NCBI GenBank assembly: GCA_965649765.1
Contig: OZ287749.1
Location: forward strand, 16,120,001-16,184,000
Direction of reading: 5' to 3'
Source: Bispira polyomma
Taxonomy: Eukaryota
DNA: 64,000 nt
Under the pieces are notes generated by a model that was not told where the DNA came from, did not search any database, and was given only the letters and a program-made list of their open reading frames with translations. How positions within the stretch are numbered: the stretch's first letter is position 1; each line of letters begins with the position of its first letter. This document shows, piece after piece, positions 12,561 through 25,609 of the stretch. Made by a program: the position numbers and the translations under genes.

Positions 12561-15438
12561 GAATATTTAAAGGATTATAAAATCCAAAATTATAACCTAT
12601 TAAAGTGCAATCAATGAGATAAATGTAGATAAAAGAGTGGATACAGGTTTCAAAAATATATTTAATTTGATTTTGAGACATTTGTAGATAGACTTTTGGT
12701 TCTTCAACTAGTTTAGAATAAGACTATAGTAGATATGTTTTACCACCCACTGTTAATGTGCTGTGTAATTGTGTATTTGTGACAGTACTGTTGTGTCTTT
12801 TGTAATCTTTGTTTTTGTGTGTTGTTATGTATCCCATTATCCTGCTGTTCCTGTTGTAAATAACATTATAGAAAAAAAATTTAAAAATAAATTTCATTTG
12901 ATTTCTCATGGTATAAAGTGTTCTGAGCTACAAAGTAACAAGATCAGTCAGAAACAGCATAATCTTGGCCCTTCGCAAAATGTGGTGACATCACAATCCT
13001 GGATGTTCAGAAGACATTGTCTTTGACATGATGCGATGTCAGAGCAAAGTTAATATTAAAAATGATCCCTGCCATTCAACCCTGCCCACTTTTCTCTTGA
13101 GTTGTTAGATGTCTGCGCGACTGTACTTATTAATTGGCAACCCAGGACTAAGGGAAAAACCAAACTATAGCTAAAGAGCTAATTTCGCATATCAAAGCTA
13201 AAATTTTTACACTCAACAAGGAACAAGATAGGTTAGATGTGTACACCTACACACAAAAACAAACAGACGCGCATATAATAATAATAATATATCATTAATA
13301 AAAATATATTTTACACCAATAGGGCTCGGTTTCATATTAAAGTTAGCAAAACTTACCCAAAAATATTGGCAGGTCAGTAAATGGGTGTTTTTTTATTAAT
13401 ATTTATTTTCTTTTGAATGAACAGAAACTGTTTTTCAACTTGATATTTATATTTATATTATAATATGACAGTATCTAGTTGATAATGTCAATCTATGGTT
13501 TTCAACTACAAAGAATGATTGATCATCATGATGTGTATTGCAAGATGTGCATTTTTTATACCAATTTATTATTTACTCAGTGAACTATTCAATAATGTTG
13601 CTCTCAGCTTTAGCTGTCTTTTAGCATACAGTTCTCCACAAATTCATCATCCATCACCAAAATGTATAATACAGTTTTTAAAAAATTTGTTAAGTTGAAA
13701 GACAAAATTTACATCTTAAAAATTATGTGTGAACTACCATTAAAAACTTGTTGTAGTATATTACTACCTATAATAGATAATATCCTAGTTGATTACCAGT
13801 TGTAAAAAAAAGAGTTAATAAATTTATGCATAGTTGCAGTACACGTCAAAATGAATTTGTCAACCTAATTTAAACTTAACCATAAGTGGTTCCAGTGTAT
13901 GCAACGATGTTCATAACAATCATGAAACTTGAAATTTAGTAGAAAACTGCTTTAAGTACCATATTCAAAGAAAGGTCAAGTATTATATTATTTAAATTTA
14001 GTACTTTACTGCTGGAAATATAAAATATTTATTAAAAATAACACTAGATTTACTCATGAAGAAATTACGGAAATGTTAGAAACTGTCTTTACAACTCACC
14101 ACACATTCATTTGGGGGATTTTTGTGTAATTGCAGGTAGTACGTTACAAGAAAATAACTTTGGTTGCAGAAAGTTTAAATTGATGAAAATAATTATTAGG
14201 TATGTAGCGATGCATCCCATAGCAAAATAACCTTCCTGACATCTTATTTTAAGAGTTTGTGCCAGCTGATACCATTCTAAATCCTTATCTATTTTGATTT
14301 TCAACAGAACTGTCTGTCTGTCTTTATAATGATGAACAGAAATAACTTCCAAGAAAGTGCTTGGTCACCGTATCAACTAGTCATTAACATATGTGTATCT
14401 TGTATAGTTATTTAATTGCCTAGGTTTCACTTTTATCAAACATTTTTCACCAACTTAGATCTAAGTGATATTCATAAAAATTTGTAAAAACTTTAATTGA
14501 CCAAAAAACGTGTATTTCAAGGAAGCAAATAAGCTCATATAGAAAATAAAACTTCACATCTGTCTTTACTGTTTGTAATATCTAACCCCTAAGTAAATAG
14601 TGTTGCAAGTACCACTTTATTGTCTTAGATAGTGGTGATTCTAAGTAAGAATAATATAAGAACAAGTACATCTTACGAATTTTCATAATTTATATATGAA
14701 GCAAAAGTTAAGTAAATAATATTACTGAAGTTCATGTCAATCAAATTAGTTAGCGCAAATAGTAAAATATTTACACTTTAATTAAACTCATAGTGAATAT
14801 CCATTCCTGTGATATTATATACATTATATTTAAGTTTTGTGTATAAATTAAAGAATTTGTTTACACATAAAGAACAACACATGACTATTCGGTTCAAAGA
14901 CATTTGGTCATTCAAAGTACCATTACAATATGGAAGTTGAAAAAAAATTGCTTGGCTGTAGAAATACATGTATGTACACTGACAAAACATTTTGTGGAGA
15001 ATTGATGCACCCGAGGTAGAATATACTTGAAAGCAAGATTCTTTTACATTGTTCTATATAGGGTAAAAACAAGGCAACTATTCTCTACAAATAGTTATGT
15101 GAATGACATAACCTATCGGAGTAGTTACGCATGGTATTCTGTGTTACACTAGTACAGAATATTGTTTGACATTATTGTCTATTCCGTGCCAAATGTATAA
15201 GAGAGCTCCAGGAATGTATGAAAACAGATGTCAAACTAAATACCAGCTTTAACTTATTAAGAACCAAAACACGTATTTATATTTCAACCAGAGCTGGGAA
15301 CATTAGAACTTACTACAAAAAGACTAAATAGCCTGCATTTCATTCCAATTGGGATAAACATTGCAGAACTCAGACGTTTTCTAAAAATTCTTAGCAATTA
15401 ACTTTTTTAATAACCTCAGCAGCATTTATTTCAACCTT

Positions 15439-18141
15439 TCACTTATTTTTACTCCAATGATGTTGGTCAAGAATATTTTTCATTTCATGGTAAACCAAAA
15501 ACATGGCATCTTGCTGTTGTAATTGTTTGCTGGCATCTGTAACTCCATACTGGAGATACTTCATAGCCTTCTGAAGATAGTATTGTTTTTGATGTATTAA
15601 AGTAGCATTATGAAGGTATGGTAGGAGTAAATCTTCAACACTGTTATTTCCAAGAAGTTCTGCCACTGAAAGTTTTACTGTGAACAAATCATAGTCTAAA
15701 TAGTCTTCAAATGGATACACAACCATCGTATCATCTGTTTGGAATATCACAGGTATACATCCTGCAATTACTGCATCATAAAATGATTTTCTTGTTGGAG
15801 AATCTCCAGGAGGTTGTAAACAGAAGATAGAGTGTTTCATCAGTTCTATTGTGTGATACTTGTGCTGTGGACTACATTCTTGAGTCACTTGCCACACTTT
15901 ATGCACTCGGTTTTCAGTAAAATTTTCCTTCCATTCTTTGTAGCTCACAAACACTTTGCTAGCTTTAAATTCTTCTTGAAGTGCCCTGCGTGGCTGACCA
16001 GTTGATCTATCTCCTACCGCCATAAATATATCTATGTCCCTTTTCTGTGAATAAATAATGCTTAGATACCTTGAACTGGTAGTATTTAGCATCAGATGAC
16101 CATATGAGGGATATGGCAGAACAATGACAGGGTGTTTGTGATTACCCAGGTGTAGTCTACTATCACGTTCAATACCCATATAATGAACATCTTTCAGATC
16201 AGCAGTTTTTAGGATGGGACAAGATTGAGATGATTGTTCTTTTTCGATTTTTGAGAGAACCATTATGTGTGGTAGTCCGTTTATCAAAGCCTGAGACGGG
16301 TGTTGCTTCAGAAAATCTACCACCTTGTTTATTGTTTGTTTCTGTATGATTCCACTTTCTGTTCTATTAAAAGTATGAGTACAAAGACACCTCATTCCGC
16401 TGTAAAACGGAATATAGAAAATGTTTGCCTCTATATAATTGGATGTTCTATAAGAACTCCTAAGTATCTGATTATGCATGATAGATTCCAATGCAAATTG
16501 CCAAGTATTACAGACCATAAGTTCGTCATCCTTATACAAGATTTGTCCATAACCGTACATACTAACATCACCACATGTCTTGAATTTATGTGCAATACAT
16601 TTTGTTATGTTGCTGTTAAAGGTGGATGGAAGGTCATACACATAGATCTTTAATGTGGTTTCTGTCAAGTTCTGATGAAAGGAAAAAGCATCTTCTGCTG
16701 TATCACGAAATGCAGATAGTGTAGCTGCAGTATTAGGTTTAGTTGGGGACTTGTAATTCAGTCTATATGCATTGCTTCTATCCTCTTGATGTTGATTTCT
16801 TCTAATAAAAAGAAACACATATTACCAGAACTTTAAAATTATATAACATTTCTATGGAAAAAAATCAACAACAATAAAGCTCTTTAATTGTTGTACTCTT
16901 GTAGGTTAAAACTAAGCTGGAAATTACCGTTGCACTAAAGTGAGGTATCACACATTTTTAAAGATAAAAATAGGATGCTTCATCAAAACGACGGATAGCA
17001 TTTTTTTATTCTTCATGATTAAAATTTAACAGTGGAGTCACCTTGGCATCATATTTGAGATAATGACCTTTTTAGCAGAAGTCAGAGTAATCAAGAGAGC
17101 CACCAATTTAAATAATTTATAAAATGTTACCAATTTTAAAAAGGTTTAAAATAAGCCTGAAATTTGACATCTATTGATACACAATTGTACCTTTCCATGT
17201 AGACAAAACAAAAAAAATACTGCCTGTTGTTCCTACTACCGGGTACGTGTTATTCCTATTTAAATAATCTACCTTATTCAATTCTTTAAGTGACCATTAG
17301 CTATTACATTAGTTTATTAGATATTGTTTAAAGGCATATGTGGTCTCTCTAAGTCATATTAACTACAAACATTTTCTGCAATATTATTTGGGAGTAAAGA
17401 TCAAATTTTCGTTGTCTATAATATAAATTATAGAAAAAATTAACAAAATTTCTGCTGGTCTCTCCGTTGACAAATAGGAATGGGATAGAACAAGCACCAT
17501 TTTCATAATCTATCCCAATTCTGTTTATTATATTTAATATGACAGTACTTGAATTAATTTACAGAACTACAATAATTTACAGCACTACAATATATTTTAC
17601 CATAATATCTTCACATTAGAAAACTGATTTTAATTAGAAAAACACTGCACTTACCTTAATGGTATCGTAGTGTAGTTTTGATGGATATATTTAAGTATTC
17701 AGTGTTGTCACTCAAAGTAATGTACAAAATATAGAGCACAGAGTTCATGCCACACGATAGGTATAAGTCAGAAAAATCAAGAGGGCCACTAATTAATGGC
17801 AATTTAAAGAATTAGAAAATGTTACCACTCTCTAAAGTACAACTCTATTCTGTAATGATTTGGAAGTCAGGAGTATCTTTGGTACTACCATTAGACGAGG
17901 CAACCAGAAACTTAGGCATTTGATCACTACCTCTGCATTTTAATGAACTGAAGCATTACTACAATTACCCTTAACTATTTTAATTAGAAAAACACTGCAC
18001 TTACCTTAATGGTATCGTAGTGTAGTTTTGATGGATATTAAAGTATCCAGTGTTGTCACTCAAAGTAATGTACAAAATATAGAACATAGAGTTCATGCCA
18101 CACAATAAGCATAACAGCATCAATCTTTGCATGCTCCCCAT
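15439..18141 (-). CDS. GT47 (exostosin-domain) glycosyltransferase, MUR3/KATAMARI1-like, copy 1; type II membrane protein, ~499 aa; join(18141..18005,16801..15439)
   Basis: Exon 1 MGSMQRLMLLCLLCGMNSMFYILYITL.. (signal anchor) ends AG|GTAAGT in phase 2; acceptor TTTTTATTAG| at 16802 is in frame; motifs KIYVYDLP, ANIFYIPFY, PYPSYGH, SIFCLQPPGDSPTRKSFYDAVIAGCIPVIF. Confidence 0.85.
17655..17762 (-). pseudogene. Truncated, frameshifted extra copy of GT47 exon 1 within the intron of copy 1
   Basis: Near-identical to 18005-18105 including the donor; 2-bp insertion (GATATATTT); lacks the ATG-containing 5' end. Confidence 0.75.
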
Positions 18142-19444
18142 TTTGATGATTATTGATTGGTTCCTAATGTTATCCACCAACTAATCCACCAAGTCTTATT
18201 ATCTCCATAACAGAATCCGCTTAATGCTATCTTAGTTTTAAAGTTTGTATCAGCTGTTACCATTTTAATTCCTTATTGATTTTCAATGTAACTGCCTGCA
18301 TAGTTGTGTTATTATTAATGAACAGAAATTGTTTTAAAGAAAGTGCTTGTTGGCTGTCTCAAAGGAAAAGTTTCAAGTTTGTATATGATAAATATGTCAT
18401 TAACATGTGTATCTTGTATACTTGCCTAGGTTTCAATTTTATCACACAGTTTTCACTGGCTTAGATCTAAGTGGTATTCATAAAAATTTACAAACTTACA
18501 TTGACCAAAAACATTGTATTTCAAGGAAGCAAATAAGCTTATGTAGACTATAAAACGTCATATGCGTCTTCAGGGTTTATAAGTTTAAAAGCCAAGTAAA
18601 TAGTGCTGAGAGTACCACTTCATTGACTTGGATAATGGTGATTCTAAATAAGATTAATGCAAGAACAAAATACAAGTTTTTTCAATTTACATTCAAAGAA
18701 ACTTTGAGTAAATAATTTACTGAAATTCATGTAAATCCACTTATTTAGCTCAAACAGTGACAGGTTTACACTTTAATACCACTCATTCCTATGATATTAT
18801 ATACATTATGATTCAGTTTTGTGTATAAATTACTGAAAGTTACACATACATAGAGAGCAAAATGTGACCATTCTGTTCAACACCATTTGGTAATTCAATG
18901 TACCATTTTGATACAATATGGAAATTGAAAAAAAATGCAGGGCTGTTGGAAATGTACAAAGCCTTTTGTGGAGCGTTATTATATGTGAAGTAGAATGTAC
19001 TTTAAAGCAAAATTTTGTTCCATTCTCCCAATGGAGGCAACTATTTACGACAAATAGTCATAATAATTGTGCTGTGTGAATGATCTAACCTACTGGAGAA
19101 GTTACACATAGCATTCCGTTTTACACTAGTACAGCATATACTTTCACATTATTGTTGTAAAAATATTCTATGGCCACTGTACCAGTAAGACAACTCCAAG
19201 AATGTACGTGTGAAAACGGTTGTCAATTAAAAAAAAAAAAATGGCAAATGCCACCTATGGCTTATTATGAACCAAAACAATATACATTTAAACCAGAGTT
19301 GTAAACATTAGAACTTACTTCAGTTAGTAACTGAATAGCCTGCATTTGACTTCAATTGTGATAATCGTTGTAGAACTCTTGACTATTTGTGAAAACATCT
19401 CAGCAATTCTACTTTTAATCCACAGTGGCAATTATTTTAACCTG

Positions 19445-21669
19445 TCACTTATTTTCACTCCCATAATGTTTGTCAAGAATATTTCTCATTTCATGGTAAA
19501 CAAAAAACATGGCATCTTTCTGTTGTAATTGTTTGCTGTCATCCGTAACTCCATACTGGAGATACTTCATAGCCTTCTGAAGATACTGTTGTTTTTGATA
19601 TATTAAAGTAGCATTATGAAGGTATGGTAGGAGTAAATCTTCAACACTGTTATTTCCAAGAAGTTCTGCCACTGAAAGTTTTACTGTGAATAAATCATAG
19701 TCTAAATAGTCTTCAAATGGATACACAACCATCATATAGTCGGTTTGGAATATCACAGGTATACATCCTGCAATTACTGTATCATAAAATGATTTTCTTG
19801 TTGGAGAATCTCCAGGAGGTTGTAAACAGAAGATAGAGTGTTTCATCAGTTCTATTGTGTGATACTTGTGCTGTGGACTACATTCTTGAGTCACCTGCCA
19901 CACTTTATGGACTCGGTTTTCAGTAAGATTTTCTTTCAATTCTTTGTAGCTCACAAACACTTTGTTAGTTTTAAATTCTTCTTGAAGTGCCCTGCGTGGT
20001 TGACCAGTTGACCTATCTCCCACCGCCATAAATATGTCTATGTCCCTTTTCTGTGAATAAATACTGCTTAGATACCTTGAACTGGTAGTATTTAGCATCA
20101 GATGACCATATGAAGGATATGGCAGAACAATGAGAGGGTGTTTGTGATTACCTAGGTGTAATCTACGATCACGTTCAACACCCATATAATGAACATCTTT
20201 CAGTTCATCAGTTTTTAGGATGGGATAAGATAGAGTTGATTGTTCTTTTTCAATTTTTGAGAGGACCATTATGTGTGGTAGTCCGTTTGTCAAAGCCTGA
20301 GACGGGTGTTGCTTCAGAAAATCTACCACCTTGTTTATTGTTTGTTTCTGTATGATTCCACTTTCTGTTCTATTAAAAGTATGAGTACAAAGACACCTTA
20401 TTCCGCTGTAAAACGGAATATAGAAAATGTTTGCCTCTTTATAATTGGATGTTCTATAAGAACTCCTAAGTATCTGATTATGCATGATAGATTCCAATGC
20501 AAATTGCCAAGTATTACAGACCATAAGTTCGTCATCCTTATACAAGATTTGTCCATAACCATACATACTAACATCACCACATGTCTTGAATTTATGTGCA
20601 ATACATTTTGTTATGTTGCTGTTAAAGGTGGATGGAAGGTCATACACATAGATCTGTAATGTGGTTTCTGTCAAGTTCTGATGAAAGGAAAAAGCATCTT
20701 CTGCTGTATCACGAAATGCAGATAGTGTAGCTGCAGTATTAGGTTTAGTTAGTTGGTAATTCAGTCTTTCTGCATTGCTTCTATCCTCTTAATGTTCATT
20801 TCTTCTAATAAAAAGAGTTCATTAATTAGCTGTTCATACTCGCGCAAGTCAAAACTAAGCTAAAAACTATCTTTGCCCTGCAGTGAGGTAGGACATATTT
20901 TAGTAAAAATAGGATCTTCATCAAAATCTCCGATAACATTTGCTTAATTTTCAGGATTAAAATTTAACCTCACAATCACTTTAGCCTCATGTTCGAGATG
21001 ATGGCCTTTTTAGCAGAAGTCAGATAAATCAAGAGGGCCACTAGTTAATGGTAATTTAAAGAATTATAGAATGTTACCACTCTCTAAAGTACAACTCTAT
21101 TCTGTAACGATTTTGAAGTCAGGATCAAATCTTGGTTGTCCATTTTATGAGTGACCCTTGAGCATCTTTGATACTACCAGTAGACAAAGCAACCAGAAAC
21201 TCAGGCATTTGATCACTACCTCTGCATTTTAATAAACTGATATATTATCAAGCATTGCTACAATTACCTTTAACTAAAAAAAATACTAAGAAGAGTGGGA
21301 TGCAACAAGCATCCTTTTTATAATCTCACCCAATTATATCACATTTAGTATAGCACTACTGAATGAATTGACACAATAACTACAATATACGTTAACAGAA
21401 TATCCTCAAAAAGTCATAGTATCTTGCTTTGTGGAGAAATTGAAAATATTTCAACATAAAAAATATTTTGCTTCATACTTCATTACATTAGAAAAAAAAA
21501 CTAATTTTAAAAAAGGAAAACACTGCACTTACCTTGATAGTATCATAGTGTAGTTTTGATGGATAGTTAAGTATCCAGTGTTGTCACTTAAAGTAATGTA
21601 CAAAGTATAGAGCATAGAGTTCATGCCACACAATAAACATAACAGCATTAATCTGTGCATGCTCCCCAT
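19445..21669 (-). pseudogene. GT47 glycosyltransferase copy 2, join(21669..21533,20804..19445), with premature TAA near the start of exon 2
   Basis: Highly similar to copy 1; CAA in copy 1 is TAA at 20789-20791; the rest of exon 2 is open (ORF 19445..20674). Confidence 0.75.
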
Positions 21670-24499
21670 TTTGATGATTATTGAGTGGTTCCTAAAGATA
21701 TCCACCAATCATACCAGTGACATACGCTGTTTTTATATGGAGCTAATCATCAGAAGTAACCACCAATGTCAATAAAATTAGACAGTAGAACCTCCATTGT
21801 CCAAAATTCTATTATCTGAACTTTTGATTTGATGGACTAATCTTTTGCCTCCTAATAAACTGTGTTTGAATAATAGAGTTTCACCAGTTAAATCTTTATC
21901 CAAATTTTGTTAATTTTCTTCTTGTTTCACTTCTCAACCTTCTGGAAATTTATTATATCACTGACTGGTTCTTGTTACTACAGTCTGACTACATTTATGT
22001 TGGATTATTATAATCATACAATGCAGACACCTGAGAAATAAAAGCAAGTATAATTTTGATTTAAACCTATCAAAAAATTGCATCTCAAAACATACCTTTT
22101 TCTTAACCCAATGTTTAGTTGTCAATAACCTCTCATTTGATTATTGAATTTTGTAACACATGTCCAATTTAATTGTTGGAATACTGACTGCAAAGTTCTT
22201 TTTCATATCTTTGATCATTTTTTAATAATCATTACTTTGAAGGTTGTATAATTTTGTTGCAAATTTCATTGCAATGGCTCTTTACAACCAAGTACTGTGA
22301 TAAAATAGAAATTTTAGCCACAAAAAACTTTAATATTTCACAATTGATGAGAAAGTCATTGGAAAATATTTTCATTACTGGCCACCTTTCACTTAAATGA
22401 TTGATATAACTCATTAGCGAAAGTATGTTTTAATAATTCCCACTTAACAGTATAACTTTGATTCTTTTAAAGAAAAATATCATGTCATTCGATTTATCAT
22501 GGTATAAAGTGCTCTAGGCTACAAAGTAACAAGTTCAGTCAGAAACAGTATAATCTTAGCCCATCTCAAAAAGGGGCGACATCACAGTCATGGATGTGCA
22601 GAAGACATTGTCTTTGGCATGACGCAATGTCAGAGAAAAGTTAATGTTAAAAATGATCCCAGCCATTCATCCCTGCCCACTTTTATCTTAAGTTGTTAGA
22701 TATCTGCCTGGCTATACTTATTAATTGGCAACCCAGGACTAAGGGTGAAATTAAACTATAGCTAAAGAGCTAATTTCATATATGAAATCTAACATATTTA
22801 CACTGAACAAGGAACAAGATATAATGCAAATTTAAGGACTATAGTATCACTTTTAATTATTTTTAATCATGTTATACGTGTACACCTACACACTAAAGCA
22901 AACGCAGAGACAATTATTACAATATCTTTCACACCAAGATGGCCCAGGTTCATTATTTCAGTTGGCAAAACTTACAAACCAAAAAAATTAGCATGTCAGT
23001 AAATGGGTGTTTTTTCTATTAATATTCATTTTCTTTTCAATTAATAGAAAGTTTTAAATGCCAAGATGTGAAGTACCTAGTTGATATCAATCTATCGTTT
23101 CAAACTATAAAAATTGATTGATTTTATCTAACAATTTAAAATTTACTCAGTGAACTATTCAATGATATTGCTCTCGGTTTTAGTCGTCTTTTTGCCTAAA
23201 ATTCTCTACAAATTCAACATCTGACATAAAAATGCCATATAAAGTTTGAAAAATCCAAAGATTAAATTTACATCTTGAAAACTTTTTGTGAAATGTAACT
23301 GTAAACGTTTAAGAGACACAGTAGGTCATTACCGCTGATAAGTGACGATATTCCAATAGAGTGCCAATTGTATAAAAGAGTTAATAAATTTATGCAGAAT
23401 TGTAGAAATCAAAATGAATTTGTCAACCTAATCTAATCCAACTGTTATAGCACTTATCTCCATGCTAGCAGATTCTAAGGAGTAGGAGACGGGAAAATCA
23501 TTTTCAAAATTTCATATAGCCATTGGATGTACAGGGGTCATAGTCATAAGCAAAACAGAAAGTGGTTCTAGTGTATGTAAGAATATTCGCAACATTAGTG
23601 AATCTTTGAAATGTAGTAGAGAAACTGCTCGAGTACATTAAGGAAATTCAAAGAAAAAGTCAAATATTATATTTCTACTTTGTATATATTTAATGAGTGA
23701 TGAAAAACTGCTGCAAATATAAAACATGACATATAGAAGGAACACTAGATATACCCATGAAGAAATAAAGGAAATGTCAGAAAATGTCTGTACAACTTAA
23801 TCCAACTGTAAAATTTAATTTTAATAAATGTAAAAATATGTGTTTGTGTATATTTTTTTTTATCTAATGTACATAAAGTACGACAAAAAAAATAATTACA
23901 TAAACAAAAAAGCATATAGGATGTTCTGTCATCTTTATTCGATTCAAAATACTATGAAACTAAATGATAGGAAAACATCAATTTAGTAGAGTAGAGATAT
24001 CATTAAATGAAATATTTGAATAGTAGAAGTTTGGATAATAGAGGTTCTTCTGTACATTATGGTTAAACTAGGTTTAACTAGAAATAGGACGTCCTGTTAA
24101 GAATAGCTGCAACATATGAAAAGAAACAGGATAGCATAGAAGAACACACATTAGCATGTGTAATGTCCACCCCATGAACCTTTTGGAACAATGGCACACT
24201 AGTCTTACAGGACTGTTTTGTTTGTAAAATATATCAACGATGCTCCAAAATTTATTAGTATACATGTAAATAATTTCAACTGCACGGACAAAATGTGGTC
24301 GGACGAAATACCGAGGGGACAAAACGGCAGTCAAAATTGCAAGGGGGACAAAAAAGGTTGTCTAACTAAATGGTACATAACACATTTACACAAGCACTGC
24401 CTAGTAGTGTACACAATGTAACATATTCCTGAAAAAACCCCATCAGGAAAAATGTCCATCAAGTGAATCCGATCAGCAAAAAATCCCATCAGGAAATGT

Positions 24500-25590
24500 T
24501 GGCCATCAGCAATTTTCGCCGAAATCGCTCTTCGCCATCTCGCACGGTTAAGGAGATAGACTCAAATTTGTGTTTTTCCATTTTTGGCAGAAATTCGAAA
24601 ATTCAAAATGGCCGCCATTTTTGGGGAGAGGAAATTTTTTTCAAAATTGCCAAGAGATACCCTGTGGGTCGAAAAGTTTGACGAAATCGCTCTATCTCGC
24701 ACGGTTAAGGAGATAGAATCAAATTTGTGCTTTTCCATTTTTGGCCAAAATTCGAAAATACAAAATGGCCACCATTTTTGGGGAGAGGAAAATTTTTTGA
24801 AAATTGCCTATAGTACACTCTTAGATACCCTGTGGGTCGAAAATATCGACGAAATCGCTCTATCTCGCACGGTTAAGGAGATAGAAGCAAATTTGTTTTT
24901 CCATTTTTGGCAAAAATTCGAAAAATCAAAATGGCCGCCATTTTTGGGGAGAGGAAAACTTTTTGAAAATTGCCAAGACTACATTGATTAGATACCCTGT
25001 GAGTCTAAAATTTCAACGAAATTGCTCTATCTCGCACGGTTTAGGAGACAGACATATTTATGTTTTTTGCTATGTAGCTATTACTCAGGAGGTTAAAACT
25101 ATTACTCAGTTAGCTATAAAGATATTATCACCAAAAGCAATCCCAAGCAAGCTACTGATCCAATAATCCTCCATCCTAAATTTTGTGAACATAGGTGAAA
25201 TACTTTTCCTTCAAAATGCTTAAAATAAAAAAGGTACTCAAATTAGCTAAGTAGCTATTGCTGAGTCAGTTATATAGCTATTATCACTAAAAGCAATCCC
25301 AAGCAAGCTATTGACCTAACTATTGCTCATACCAAATTTGGTAAAGATATGTCAAATATTGTTCCTTAAAATGCCCGGAAACCAAAGAAGTACATAAAAG
25401 TAAGTAAACAGCTATTACTCAGTTAGCTATAGAGCTATCTTCACCAAAAGCAATCCCATGCAAGCTATTAACCCAATAAACACCCATACCAAATTTGGTA
25501 AACAAAGGATAAATACTTTTCCTTGAAATGATCGGAAACCAAGCGCGACGGACGGCGGACGGCAGACGCTGGACGCCGGAAAAAGCAAAA
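24500..25590 (+). mobile_element. Helentron/HINE-like non-autonomous element fragment with two internal tandem arrays
   Basis: ~165-bp units (GAAATCGCTC at ~24521, 24683, 24851, 25018; AAAATGGCCGCC); second ~170-bp array x3 (25080-25530); GACG-type microsatellite 25547-25578. Confidence 0.65.
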
Positions 25591-25609
25591 ATAATTCTAG
25601 ACTCTAGGA

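Larger units (their letters stand above)
12895..23810. repeat. Rearranged tandem segmental duplication carrying the GT47 genes
   Basis: 12895-14100 resembles 22485-23800; 14330-17105 resembles 18318-21045; exon-1 block at 17630-17760, 17978-18180 and 21515-21710. Confidence 0.9.

Noticed and set aside
16300-16653. 117-aa plus-strand ORF also present at 20306..20659
   Set aside because: Antisense shadow of the GT47 exon; its conservation is explained by the recent duplication.
24584-24991. Repetitive 135-aa ORF (KFKMAAIF..), and similar ORFs at 63136-63692
   Set aside because: Translations of non-coding tandem monomers inside Helentron-like elements.
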